The notes below the pieces were generated by a model. That model did no database searches. It was not told where the DNA came from and saw nothing but the letters and a program-made list of their open reading frames with translations. This document shows, in pieces, positions 1 to 8,296 of a stretch of DNA of 64,000 nt (position 1 is the stretch's first letter; each line of letters begins with the position of its first letter). A program made the position numbers and the translations under genes. The DNA comes from Candidatus Omnitrophota bacterium (lineage in GTDB: Bacteria; Omnitrophota; Gorgyraeia; Gygaellales; Profunditerraquicolaceae): positions 62,871 to 126,870 of the forward strand of contig JBAZKC010000001.1 in the NCBI GenBank assembly GCA_041651035.1. Direction: 5' to 3'.

Positions 1-30
1 AACCCACGCCGTATCTCCCGCATTAATCAT
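1..30 (-). CDS. Ammonium transporter, N-terminal 10 codons only (partial, runs off window start)
   Basis: Reverse complement of 1-45 gives AGGAGG-N5-ATG ATT AAT GCG GGA GAT ACG GCG TGG GTT = MINAGDTAWV. The NxGDTAW motif is typical of Amt N-termini and an SD sequence precedes it. Only 10 aa are visible. Confidence 0.3.
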   Translation of the reverse strand, partial: MINAGDTAWV

Positions 31-56
31 TTCTCATCCTCCTTAGCTAGAGAGCT

Positions 57-85
57 ACACCGGCCTATCCGATAAGGCCGGGTGT
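57..85. repeat. 29-bp REP-like imperfect palindrome ACACCGGCCTATCCGATAAGGCCGGGTGT (copy 1, inverted relative to copies 2 and 3)
   Basis: Exact reverse complement of the 29-mer at 3052-3080 and 3804-3832. Internal stem CCGGCCT/AGGCCGG. Intergenic. Confidence 0.8.
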
Positions 86-162
86 TTTTAATTAAAATAA
101 GCCTGATTAACCAATTGTGTAAAACTAAAACAAAAAAAATCGCCCACTTTCCTTTCAAATTC

Positions 163-342
163 TTAATCTATGTTAAGCTTATCCTTAACTAACTGCGCGT
201 AAATCTTATTTATTCGCCTTGTCTGCAACCATCTTTCTATGGTAGTAACCTGAATGTCAAGTTTTTTGGATAAATCATACAGAGTATAGCCCCTTTCTTC
301 TTTTATTCGCAATATTTTTCTAATTAATTCATTATCTACCAT
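163..342 (-). CDS. Small XRE/Cro-C1-type helix-turn-helix protein (59 aa), absent from the ORF track because it is under 60 aa
   Basis: Manual translation of the minus strand gives MVDNELIRKILRIKEERGYTLYDLSKKLDIQVTTIERWLQTRRINKIYAQLVKDKLNID*. It carries a classic HTH_3 signature (ERGYTLYDLSKKLDIQVTTIERW). The ATG lies 3 nt after the glnK stop. Confidence 0.5.
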   Translation of the reverse strand: MVDNELIRKILRIKEERGYTLYDLSKKLDIQVTTIERWLQTRRINKIYAQLVKDKLNID

Positions 343-347
343 ATGGA

Positions 348-686
348 CTATATAGCTATATTACCCTGCTCTCCTGTGCGTATGCGCACAACATCTTCTA
401 CGTTAGAAATAAAAATCTTGCCGTCTCCGATCTCTCCGGTGAAAGCAGCCTCCCTTATAGCCTTAATGGTTTTATCAAGGTCCGGATCTTTTACCACGGC
501 TTCAATCTTTATTTTAGGCAAGAAATTAACCTTATACTCCCTTCCGCGGAATTGCTCGGTAATTCCTTTTTGGCGGCCATGGCCTTCAATATGCGTAATC
601 ATCATGCCTGGACAGCCCAACGCCTCTAAGGCTCCTGTAACCGCTTCTAACTTTTCTACCCGGATAACCGCTTCTATTTTTTTCAT
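348..686 (-). CDS. glnK: Nitrogen regulatory protein P-II (GlnK/GlnB family)
   Basis: 112 aa. MKKIEAVIRVEKLEAV... with a T-loop RGREYKV and GEIGDGKIFI, the P-II hallmark. Sits immediately downstream of amtB. Confidence 0.9.
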   Translation of the reverse strand: MKKIEAVIRVEKLEAVTGALEALGCPGMMITHIEGHGRQKGITEQFRGREYKVNFLPKIKIEAVVKDPDLDKTIKAIREAAFTGEIGDGKIFISNVEDVVRIRTGEQGNIAI

Positions 687-742
687 CTTTAAGCCTCCCT
701 GCCGCTCCGCTTTTTTATAAGCGGAGCGGCAAAATTAATAAA

Positions 743-2143
743 TTAACTCTGGTTAGTAGTATAAAAATTCGGGTAAGCCGGCGTTCCGTGTTCCGGTATA
801 TCCAGGCCCTTGAGCTCTTCTTCAGGAGAAACCCTGATACCAAAACATTTATCCATCAGCTTAAACGCGATAAACCCGAGGCCAAAAGCCCAAGCTACGC
901 AAACTGCCGCGCCGATGAATTGAGCGGTTAGCTGTCCGTAACCTCCGCCGTAAAACAATCCTCTAACTAATGGCGCGGCTGTTGTGCTGAGCCCATATGT
1001 TCCGTCGGCAAATAAACCTACACTGATAAGACCCCATACCCCGTTTACAGCATGCACGCTCACTGCGCCTACAGGATCATCCACTCCTCTTGCTTCCCAA
1101 AAATACACGCTTATAACTACTAAAGCGCCTGCTATCGCGCCAATAACTACTGCCGCCCATGCCTCTACCCAAGCGCAAGGCGCGGTAATCGCAACTAAAC
1201 CAGCGAGGCAGCCGTTTAACATCATGCCCACATCCCATTTCTTTGTCTTCATAAATACCAAAAGAATAGCAACGGCTGCTCCTGCTGCTGCTGCCAGGTT
1301 CGTATTCACTGCAATAACGGCAATCCTTAATTGATGCGCCGAAAAAGTTGAGCCGGGGTTAAAACCAAACCACCCAAACCACAGTATAAATGTCCCCAAC
1401 GCCGCAAGAGTTATGCTATGCCCGGGGATAGCTTTTGCTTTCCCGTCTTTACCGAATTTTCCGAACCTGGGGCCAAGGACAATAGCTCCTGCCAAACCGA
1501 CAAAACCTCCTATTGTATGCACAACTCCGGAACCGGCAAAATCAACGTGGCCTATACCGAAAGGCAGCTTAGAGAGCCACCCGCCCCCCCAAACCCAATG
1601 CCCATATATAGGATAGATTACTGCCGCTACTGCAAGGCTATATAGAAAATACGCCTTGAATTTCAATCTTTCCGCAACCGCCCCGGAAACAATCGTTGCT
1701 GCTGTTCCTGCAAAAACCAACTGCCAAAAAAACATTAAATATTTACCTACATCATAATTTGCCCCATGTAAAAACCAACCTGTTGTACCGATCAAACCAT
1801 TATAATCATTGCCCATCATAAAAGCAAAACCAATGGCCATAAAAACCAAAGAGGCCATAACAAAATCAATGGTATTCTTGGCCATCAGGTTAGTTGCATT
1901 TTTAGCACGGCAAAACCCTGCCTCAACCATAGCAAATCCTGCCTGCATAAAAAAAACAAGGAATCCGCAAACTAATACCCACACGTAATCAACCGGAGAC
2001 TGCGGATTCTGCGCAAGGGTCTCTGCTCCTGAAGGGTCAGCAGCAAAGGACAAAGAAGAAAATACCATAGAAGCAAACAAACCCGCTGCAACAATTGCCG
2101 CTATCTTAGTACCGGTAAGCCATCTATTTAATCTTTTTTTCAT
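743..2143 (-). CDS. amtB: Ammonium transporter AmtB with signal peptide
   Basis: 466 aa polytopic membrane protein. Signal peptide followed by DYVWVLVCGFLVFFMQAGFAMVEAGF and the twin-His region typical of Amt/MEP. Adjacent to glnK. Confidence 0.9.
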   Translation of the reverse strand: MKKRLNRWLTGTKIAAIVAAGLFASMVFSSLSFAADPSGAETLAQNPQSPVDYVWVLVCGFLVFFMQAGFAMVEAGFCRAKNATNLMAKNTIDFVMASLVFMAIGFAFMMGNDYNGLIGTTGWFLHGANYDVGKYLMFFWQLVFAGTAATIVSGAVAERLKFKAYFLYSLAVAAVIYPIYGHWVWGGGWLSKLPFGIGHVDFAGSGVVHTIGGFVGLAGAIVLGPRFGKFGKDGKAKAIPGHSITLAALGTFILWFGWFGFNPGSTFSAHQLRIAVIAVNTNLAAAAGAAVAILLVFMKTKKWDVGMMLNGCLAGLVAITAPCAWVEAWAAVVIGAIAGALVVISVYFWEARGVDDPVGAVSVHAVNGVWGLISVGLFADGTYGLSTTAAPLVRGLFYGGGYGQLTAQFIGAAVCVAWAFGLGFIAFKLMDKCFGIRVSPEEELKGLDIPEHGTPAYPNFYTTNQS

Positions 2144-2177
2144 AATCCGCCTCCGATTAATGTCCAGAATTTATCTT

Positions 2178-3008
2178 CTAGAAATCAACATCCAGTTGGA
2201 ATGTCACGGTATTCTTTAAATTGGGGTTGTTATATACGTCATAACCTAAAATAACGGAAAAATTATTGTTAAACTTCCAGGCAAAACCGTAGTTCAAAGC
2301 TCCATAGGAGGACTGTGTGCCCTGATAATCCACGCATACCCAAAGCCTATCGCTAATTTCCGACATAACCCTCTCCCAGGCAATCATAGCCCCCGCATTA
2401 TCACGATCACCGTTCTTATCGCGCAATAGCTTGGCATTACCATTAAAATATCCGGCTGACACTCTCCCTAAATTAAGCTTACCTATATTAATTGTCTTAG
2501 CGCCCCTTAAATACCAAACATTATTATTGGTATAATTATGTTTATAGCCCATATCGTAAGCACCAATGGCAAACGCGGGCATATTCTTAAAATATGCGCC
2601 CTCCGGCACCCCAACCTTAAAATGGAAATATACCGGCCACTTATCTAAAGTTGGCCCAAGGCCTTTTTTATAGTCAAACCCTGTTTCAGCTAAAATCTTG
2701 CCCAAAGGAGACCAAAGCTTACCCAATAAGTTCTTTTCAGAGTTATCTGACAATAACCCGGTCATTAAACCATAATCTTGTAAAACAAATAACTTATTGC
2801 CATTACGATCCCTGCTTTCTACAGGAGTATAATTATCCGCATCCAGATGAAATATCCCAAGCGGTTTTACATCGGTAGATGGCGCCCAGATAAGAGTTGA
2901 AGGCGTAGCAAATGCGGTGGAAAAACCAGAAAATGTTAATACTGCAACAACCAACAAGAGAAACTTAAGCCTTTGTAACATTTTTTTCTCCTTTCGTTTA
3001 TTTAACAC
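2178..3008 (-). CDS. Outer-membrane beta-barrel protein, hypothetical (signal peptide, C-terminal Phe)
   Basis: 276 aa. N-terminal signal peptide, alternating aromatic/hydrophilic strands, and a ...VTFQLDVDF C-terminal OMP signature. Confidence 0.5.
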   Translation of the reverse strand: MLNKRKEKKMLQRLKFLLLVVAVLTFSGFSTAFATPSTLIWAPSTDVKPLGIFHLDADNYTPVESRDRNGNKLFVLQDYGLMTGLLSDNSEKNLLGKLWSPLGKILAETGFDYKKGLGPTLDKWPVYFHFKVGVPEGAYFKNMPAFAIGAYDMGYKHNYTNNNVWYLRGAKTINIGKLNLGRVSAGYFNGNAKLLRDKNGDRDNAGAMIAWERVMSEISDRLWVCVDYQGTQSSYGALNYGFAWKFNNNFSVILGYDVYNNPNLKNTVTFQLDVDF

Positions 3009-3051
3009 CCCCGGCTTATCTGTCTGCTGGGTGTGCCGCTTCTACTTCCAT

Positions 3052-3080
3052 ACACCCGGCCTTATCGGATAGGCCGGTGT
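3052..3080. repeat. 29-bp REP-like palindrome ACACCCGGCCTTATCGGATAGGCCGGTGT (copy 2)
   Basis: Identical to 3804-3832 and reverse complement of 57-85. Sits beside a terminator hairpin in an intergenic region. Confidence 0.8.
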
Positions 3081-3094
3081 GTTGCTTTCTGCAA

Positions 3095-3123
3095 CAAAAA
3101 GGCGCTCCTTTAGGGAACGCCTT
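3095..3123 (-). terminator. Rho-independent terminator downstream of the sigma-factor gene
   Basis: Minus-strand hairpin AGGCGTTCC-CTAAA-GGAGCGCCT followed by TTTTTG. Confidence 0.5.
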
Positions 3124-3195
3124 AGTTTATTTTACGCCTCTATGCGTGTCTTACAATACTACAAGTAATAAAAAGATGTAACTGGTAACCTTTTT

Positions 3196-3726
3196 TTATT
3201 CCCGATCAAAATGTTCTTTGGCTTTTTTGCGGATCATCTTTACCGCCTTAACCACGCTGACATGCGAAAGCCCGATCCTCTTACCTATATCTCTGGTAGT
3301 CAGGCCTTCCTTAAGGAACATGAGTATTCTTTTTTCTCGCGGGTTAAAGCCGTTACCCTGGATAGCCTCGGCCAGGAATTTCACGTGCAAGAAATCACGG
3401 CAGTCTTCCTGAGACCCAAATCCTAAATACAATATTTCTTCCAAGGCATTATCATCCTTCTCTTCGCCAACCGGCATATCCAAGCTTATTATATCGGTTT
3501 TTTCGTTGACCTTGCGGATGTAATTCTTTAAATGAAAATAACAACCCTGCAGGATATAACTATCTGATTTATCTGCCAATTTCCCGGAATTAAAATTAGT
3601 CCAGAGATGCAAAAACGCCTCTTGATACAGATCATCATGGTTAAATGACCTGTAACGCCCGTTTAGCTTATAGGCGATTCTTTTTACCGTGGGTGAAAAC
3701 TTTTTAATTAACCCCTCAAACTCCAT
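3196..3726 (-). CDS. Sigma-70 family RNA polymerase sigma factor (ECF/LuxR-like region 4)
   Basis: 176 aa. Region-2-like YQEAFLHLW and a C-terminal HTH LTTRDIGKRIGLSHVSVVKAVK (sigma70_r4/LuxR-type). Confidence 0.55.
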   Translation of the reverse strand: MEFEGLIKKFSPTVKRIAYKLNGRYRSFNHDDLYQEAFLHLWTNFNSGKLADKSDSYILQGCYFHLKNYIRKVNEKTDIISLDMPVGEEKDDNALEEILYLGFGSQEDCRDFLHVKFLAEAIQGNGFNPREKRILMFLKEGLTTRDIGKRIGLSHVSVVKAVKMIRKKAKEHFDRE

Positions 3727-3803
3727 CTTATCTCCTTAAAAAACAATAAGGCGCCCCCTATCCAATCGTTGGATAAAGGACGCCTTAGTCCTGATAGATG
3801 ATT

Positions 3804-3832
3804 ACACCCGGCCTTATCGGATAGGCCGGTGT
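3804..3832. repeat. 29-bp REP-like palindrome (copy 3)
   Basis: Identical 29-mer to 3052-3080. Intergenic, next to a terminator. Confidence 0.8.
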
Positions 3833-3843
3833 GCCTCTCTAGG

Positions 3844-3883
3844 CAAAAAAGGTCTTCCGAGTAATTTCTTACCCAGAAGACCT
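3844..3883 (-). terminator. Rho-independent terminator downstream of hldD
   Basis: Minus-strand stem GGTCTTC ... GAAGACC (7 bp perfect, 18-nt loop) followed by TTTTTTG. Confidence 0.6.
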
Positions 3884-3955
3884 CAACGTCTATTTATTAC
3901 ATCCCTGTAACATGTAAAGCTTAACACAAGATTATGTAATTGTCAATGGTAAATT

Positions 3956-4936
3956 TTACAAATAAGCGCCGTCCTTAAGATACCCTGCGTAATCACGAAT
4001 TGAATCTTCCAGCGAACGGAATGGATGGCCATAGCCGATTTTTCTCAATTTTTCCATTTTCGCCTCGGTAAAGTATTGGTATTTCTCCCGTATCGCCTCC
4101 GGCATATCAATGTACTCTATCTGAGGAGGCTTTCCTAAAGCGGAGAATACCGCTTTTGCCAGATCGTTCCATGCGCGCGCCGAACCGGTACCTAAATTAA
4201 AAATACCGGTTTTATCCGAATGGCTAAATAAATAATACATCACTTCCACCGCGTCCTTTACGTAAATAAAATCCCTCTTCTGCCCGCCGTCTTTGTAATC
4301 CTGCCTGTATGATTTAAACAGCCTGATAGGATCATCTTTGCTTATTGCGGGAAAATTCTTACAGATAATACTCATCATCTCTTCTTTATGATATTCATTA
4401 GGGCCAAACACATTAAAGAACTTAAGGCCAACGGCTTTATTTAAAAAACCGCTGGTTAACATCCAGAGGTCAAACAGGTGTTTTGAATACCCGTAGATAT
4501 TAAGGGGCTTAAGATACAAAAGCTTGTTTTCGTCATCATCATAACCATTGCTGCCATCTCCGTAAGTAGCCGCGGAGGAGGCATAAATGAACCTTGCGCC
4601 ATGGGCCTGCGCCCAGACAGCAAGACGTTTGGAATATTCGTAGTTATTCTTTAAAAGATACGCGGCGTCGTTTACAATAGTAGAGCTGCAGGCTCCCAGA
4701 TGAACAATAGCATTTATGCGCGGAAGCTTGCCTGATTCAAGAATCTCCAGAAAATCATCTTTTTGGATATAATCAATGAACTGCTTGCCGGCAAGATTCT
4801 TCCATTTGCCGCTTGCGTCAAGATTATCAACGATAATTATATCACTGATACCTTCCTGGTTCAGCTTCCACAGGAAACAGCTTCCGATAAAACCGGCGCC
4901 GCCGGTTAAAATGATGGTTTTCTTTGTTTTGACCAA
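3956..4936 (-). CDS. hldD: ADP-L-glycero-D-manno-heptose 6-epimerase
   Basis: 326 aa. N-terminal Rossmann motif TGGAGFIGS and YGYSK catalytic motif. Length and overall pattern match HldD/RfaD. Confidence 0.8.
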   Translation of the reverse strand: MVKTKKTIILTGGAGFIGSCFLWKLNQEGISDIIIVDNLDASGKWKNLAGKQFIDYIQKDDFLEILESGKLPRINAIVHLGACSSTIVNDAAYLLKNNYEYSKRLAVWAQAHGARFIYASSAATYGDGSNGYDDDENKLLYLKPLNIYGYSKHLFDLWMLTSGFLNKAVGLKFFNVFGPNEYHKEEMMSIICKNFPAISKDDPIRLFKSYRQDYKDGGQKRDFIYVKDAVEVMYYLFSHSDKTGIFNLGTGSARAWNDLAKAVFSALGKPPQIEYIDMPEAIREKYQYFTEAKMEKLRKIGYGHPFRSLEDSIRDYAGYLKDGAYL

Positions 4937-4956
4937 CTGAATGTCCCCTTATGTTT

Positions 4957-5295
4957 TTAAGATTGGCCTTTCCTGCTTAAGAATTTACCGATCAGAAGGG
5001 CCAGACAAACAATAACAATGATACCGATTGCCGCTGAAGCTATATAGGCAAGGCTTAAACTACCCAACCCTTTTTCTTCCCATCCCTTAAAAGCGTAATC
5101 AGGGATAGGCGCGCTCCAGAGGCTAGATAATTTCTGAAGCCCCCGCGGAACGTATCCAACTAATTCTTTAAAAGTATCCACCCCCCATTCGCCCCAGGCA
5201 TCACCCGCTTTGAAATGTTCAGGCAGCAGGAGGCCTAAAGGAGAAAGCACAACCAAACCCACGATCCCAAGCCATAATTTTGTAGTAGTCTTCAT
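4957..5295 (-). CDS. ECF-transporter N component (CbiN/NikN-like, PDGLE-type), 2 TM
   Basis: 112 aa, a TM helix at each end. Immediately downstream of the CbiM/NikM gene. Confidence 0.55.
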   Translation of the reverse strand: MKTTTKLWLGIVGLVVLSPLGLLLPEHFKAGDAWGEWGVDTFKELVGYVPRGLQKLSSLWSAPIPDYAFKGWEEKGLGSLSLAYIASAAIGIIVIVCLALLIGKFLSRKGQS

Positions 5296-5297
5296 GG

Positions 5298-5978
5298 TTA
5301 CCTCCTCCCTTCTTTAAGGAGTTCCGGAGATGTTTTTAGTAAATATTTAATAACTAACGCGGTAACCACGGCTTCAACCCAGCCGAATATCAAAATATGC
5401 TCTCCTGCCATTGCCATTATCGCTACCTTTAACCCATAGGGGCAGTAAAGAGCCTGCCCATTTGCCGTATGATGTAATAATGGCTGCAGCCCAAACTCAA
5501 CTCCCGCCAAAAGGGCCGCCATATTAATACCTATATATCCTGCAATGCCAGCCGCGAACACCCTCCTGTTGGAATCTATAGGCGCCCTATAACTAATTGC
5601 CTTATAGACATAATACCCCGCAAAAGGCAATACGAAAGCCATATTAAAACAATTAGCCCCTATCGCGGTAATGCCTCCGTCACCAAATAATAATGCCTGC
5701 ACCACTAAGGCAACGGTTATAGCTATACAAGCTGCCCAGGGGCCAAGGAGTATCGCCACGAGCACGCCGCCTACGGCATGGCCCGTTGAACCTCCGGGTA
5801 TGGGAACATTAAACATCATGATCAGGAAACTGAATGCCGCGCCTATCGCTAACATCGGCACCTGCCGCAAGTTAAGGGTTTTCTTAACTATCCTTGAAGC
5901 TGCTGTCCATATCGGCAGCATCACGGCATAGAAAAACCCGCATGTCGCCGGCCCTAAATATCCATCTGGTATGTGCAT
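5298..5978 (-). CDS. nikM: ECF-transporter substrate-capture component CbiM/NikM (nickel/cobalt)
   Basis: 226 aa starting MHIPDGYL, the CbiM/NikM N-terminal metal-binding signature. Polytopic membrane protein located downstream of nikR. Confidence 0.85.
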   Translation of the reverse strand: MHIPDGYLGPATCGFFYAVMLPIWTAASRIVKKTLNLRQVPMLAIGAAFSFLIMMFNVPIPGGSTGHAVGGVLVAILLGPWAACIAITVALVVQALLFGDGGITAIGANCFNMAFVLPFAGYYVYKAISYRAPIDSNRRVFAAGIAGYIGINMAALLAGVEFGLQPLLHHTANGQALYCPYGLKVAIMAMAGEHILIFGWVEAVVTALVIKYLLKTSPELLKEGRR

Positions 5979-5990
5979 GTTTTTCCCTTT

Positions 5991-6911
5991 CTAAAACGTA
6001 TAAACACCGGTTAGGACCACAGAATCGTTTGCGTCTGTGTTAGTTCCTGCTACTACCCTCTGATAAGCCAAAAGCAACTGGACCTTATCGCAGGACCAGC
6101 CAACACCGGGGACAATAGTAATATAATTAACATTTGAAGAAGGTATCTTGTCGCTGCCCTCTTTTGTATCACCCTGCAGGAAACCATTCATTTCCAGCAA
6201 AAGATTAAACCCTTTGGGCAGGAAATATTCCACTCCCACGTCGTAATTCAAGTAATTGGCGTAACGCGTAGCAACATCGTCAATTACTGTTCGTTGCGGA
6301 AAACTATATACGGCATCAGCATGAAAAATGAACGGCTTAGCCCTTTTTGTCATCAGCACACCCAAACCAGGGTCCCAGGATCCTGAACCCATTGAATCAG
6401 TCCCTAATTTATCCGGATCCAGGTGCTGGTATTTACCGGTAGGCATTAGAAGTTGCAGCATACCGGTTATATTCGGCATCCATTTACCCTCATCAACAGC
6501 GCAGTATCTCAAGAAAAGATAGCTGTCCCCAAAACCGGAATCATGCGCTTTTCCATCTGAAGTTTTAATATAGTTCTCCTGATAAACTACCTGGCCGTCT
6601 ATTTCCAACCTGTCAGTAAGGCCGTATTGCATGAACAATTGCTGCTGATACTGGCTCTTCTTTTCGCCTCCAGGCAGAGAATCATAATGCCCCTCTGAAT
6701 TAAAAGTCCCTCTTGTCTTGTTATAAAAGACAAACGGCTGAATGACAAATTCTCCCTTACTGCATAAAGGCGCAGTCCAGGTGGTAAGCGGGCCTACGGA
6801 AGGCGGATACCACTCTTCCTGGGCTACAGCTGCTTCTTGGGCGGCAACCGGGGCCTTACTAATAATAAAAACGAAAACTACGAAAGTTAAAAGAAGAATT
6901 CTACGTGGCAT
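5991..6911 (-). CDS. Outer-membrane beta-barrel protein (putative transporter, MetA/phenol-pathway-like family)
   Basis: 306 aa with a signal peptide and C-terminal ...LTGVYTF. Lies between nikR and nikM. Confidence 0.45.
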   Translation of the reverse strand: MPRRILLLTFVVFVFIISKAPVAAQEAAVAQEEWYPPSVGPLTTWTAPLCSKGEFVIQPFVFYNKTRGTFNSEGHYDSLPGGEKKSQYQQQLFMQYGLTDRLEIDGQVVYQENYIKTSDGKAHDSGFGDSYLFLRYCAVDEGKWMPNITGMLQLLMPTGKYQHLDPDKLGTDSMGSGSWDPGLGVLMTKRAKPFIFHADAVYSFPQRTVIDDVATRYANYLNYDVGVEYFLPKGFNLLLEMNGFLQGDTKEGSDKIPSSNVNYITIVPGVGWSCDKVQLLLAYQRVVAGTNTDANDSVVLTGVYTF

Positions 6912-6922
6912 CTTTACTCCTT

Positions 6923-7339
6923 TTATTTAATATCCCGCCCCGTTGTAGACATACACAGGGCTGCGTGCTTGACTCCTTTTATTGATTTTAAGCTATCTGC
7001 CAAGGCCTGCGCCTCTTTCGGGGAGCCTTTAACCGCGATGATCTCAAGGCAATTATTATGATCCAGATGGATATGTTGAACGGAAATAATCCCTTTCCCA
7101 AAATCATGCTGAATGTCCATAAGTTTATTCACCAGGCATCTTTTATGGTGATCGTATATAAGCGTGATCGCGCCGGCGATCTCGCCGCCTTCTCGCCATT
7201 GTTTCTGCACAAGTTCCTGGCGGATCAAATCCCTGAAGGCCTCAGAACGAGAAGTGTAATTCTTTGCTTTCGTAAGCCGGTCAAATTTCTCTAATAAATC
7301 TCTCTCCAGAGATACACCGAACCGGACAAGTTTAGGCAT
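6923..7339 (-). CDS. nikR: Nickel-responsive transcriptional regulator NikR
   Basis: 138 aa. N-terminal ribbon-helix-helix (RFGVSLERDLLEKFD) and a C-terminal metal-binding domain carrying His/Cys residues (HIHLDHNNC). Confidence 0.85.
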   Translation of the reverse strand: MPKLVRFGVSLERDLLEKFDRLTKAKNYTSRSEAFRDLIRQELVQKQWREGGEIAGAITLIYDHHKRCLVNKLMDIQHDFGKGIISVQHIHLDHNNCLEIIAVKGSPKEAQALADSLKSIKGVKHAALCMSTTGRDIK

Positions 7340-7406
7340 AATTGCTCCTTTGTGTTACGAATGTCAGAAAAGTAGCATATAATAAATTACATGTCAAGTA
7401 AAAACA

Positions 7407-7438
7407 TGGGGACGGTTCTATCAAAACAGAACTGTCCC
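7407..7438 (-). terminator. Terminator hairpin downstream of znuB (member of the GGGGACGGTTCT...AGAACyGTCCCC family)
   Basis: GGGGACGGTTCT-ATCAAAAC-AGAACTGTCCCC, followed on the minus strand by ATGTTTTTAC. Confidence 0.5.
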
Positions 7439-7447
7439 CTAGATTTA

Positions 7448-8296
7448 TCACCTATTCAACCGCCTTCCTAATAATGCCGAGACGCCATAACAACCTGCCG
7501 CGAAAAGAACGATTGTGGCTCCGGAAGCTGTACCCCAATAATACGATACGATCAGCCCTGTAACACCGGAAAATACGCTTATAATTACTGCTCCTTGAGT
7601 ATATGAATGGATATTACGCGCAAAGTTACGGCTTGCCGCAGCAGGCAAAACCAACAGCGAGTTTATGATCAAGATCCCCGCTAATCGTATTGATATCATT
7701 ACTACTAACGCCAAAAGTATAGTAAAACTTGTCTCTATGAGAAAAACATTTACCGCGCGGCTGCGCGCCAGAGACGAATTAACGCTGGTAAGTATCATGG
7801 CGTTGCCTGCCGCGTACCAATAGACCAGGACAACTATGGCTATTACTAAAAAACAGGCTATTTGCCGCGGGCTGACCGCGAGGATATCTCCGATCAAATA
7901 ACTTGTATATTTAGCAAACCCTCCCTGCCTGCTTAAAATAACAATCCCTAAAGCAACGATAAAAGCGAAAAGCACCCCTAAAACAGTATCTACAGAAGCG
8001 CGGGTCGTATCTTTTAATAGATTTATGGCAACTGCTAAAGCCACCGCTACGGCGATCATCGGCAGTGTTGGGTCCTGAATTCCTAATAGCACGCCTATCG
8101 CTATTCCCGTAAACGCGGAATGGCCTAATACATCGGTAAAGAAAGCCATGCGTTTGTTTACTACCATTGTCCCTAAAAGCGCGAAACACGGCGTGATAAG
8201 CAATACGGCTAAAAGCGCGTTCTTCATGAAAACATAGTGCGTCCAAGCAAACGGAAACATGTCTACTAATCTATACCAGAAATTAATCATGATCAT
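7448..8296 (-). CDS. znuB: Metal (Zn/Mn) ABC transporter permease (ZnuB/TroC family)
   Basis: 282 aa polytopic protein. Follows an ABC ATPase and a substrate-binding-protein gene, with a Fur-family regulator gene upstream. Confidence 0.75.
   Translation of the reverse strand: MIMINFWYRLVDMFPFAWTHYVFMKNALLAVLLITPCFALLGTMVVNKRMAFFTDVLGHSAFTGIAIGVLLGIQDPTLPMIAVAVALAVAINLLKDTTRASVDTVLGVLFAFIVALGIVILSRQGGFAKYTSYLIGDILAVSPRQIACFLVIAIVVLVYWYAAGNAMILTSVNSSLARSRAVNVFLIETSFTILLALVVMISIRLAGILIINSLLVLPAAASRNFARNIHSYTQGAVIISVFSGVTGLIVSYYWGTASGATIVLFAAGCYGVSALLGRRLNR

Noticed and set aside
343-720. 125-aa plus-strand ORF
   Set aside because: It is antisense to the unmistakable P-II (glnK) gene. Low-complexity S/T/P-rich translation with no motif.
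7340-7447. nikR promoter with TTGACA -35 and a possible NikR operator
   Set aside because: A TTGACA hexamer is present at 7390-7395 on the minus strand. No convincing -10 at 16-18 bp spacing and no GTATGA-N16-TCATAC-like dyad could be identified by eye, so no regulatory feature was called.
7911-8246. 111-aa minus-strand ORF nested in znuB in another frame (R/C-rich)
   Set aside because: An alternative frame of a well-supported permease gene. Arg/Cys-rich composition typical of out-of-frame translation of GC-richer codons.
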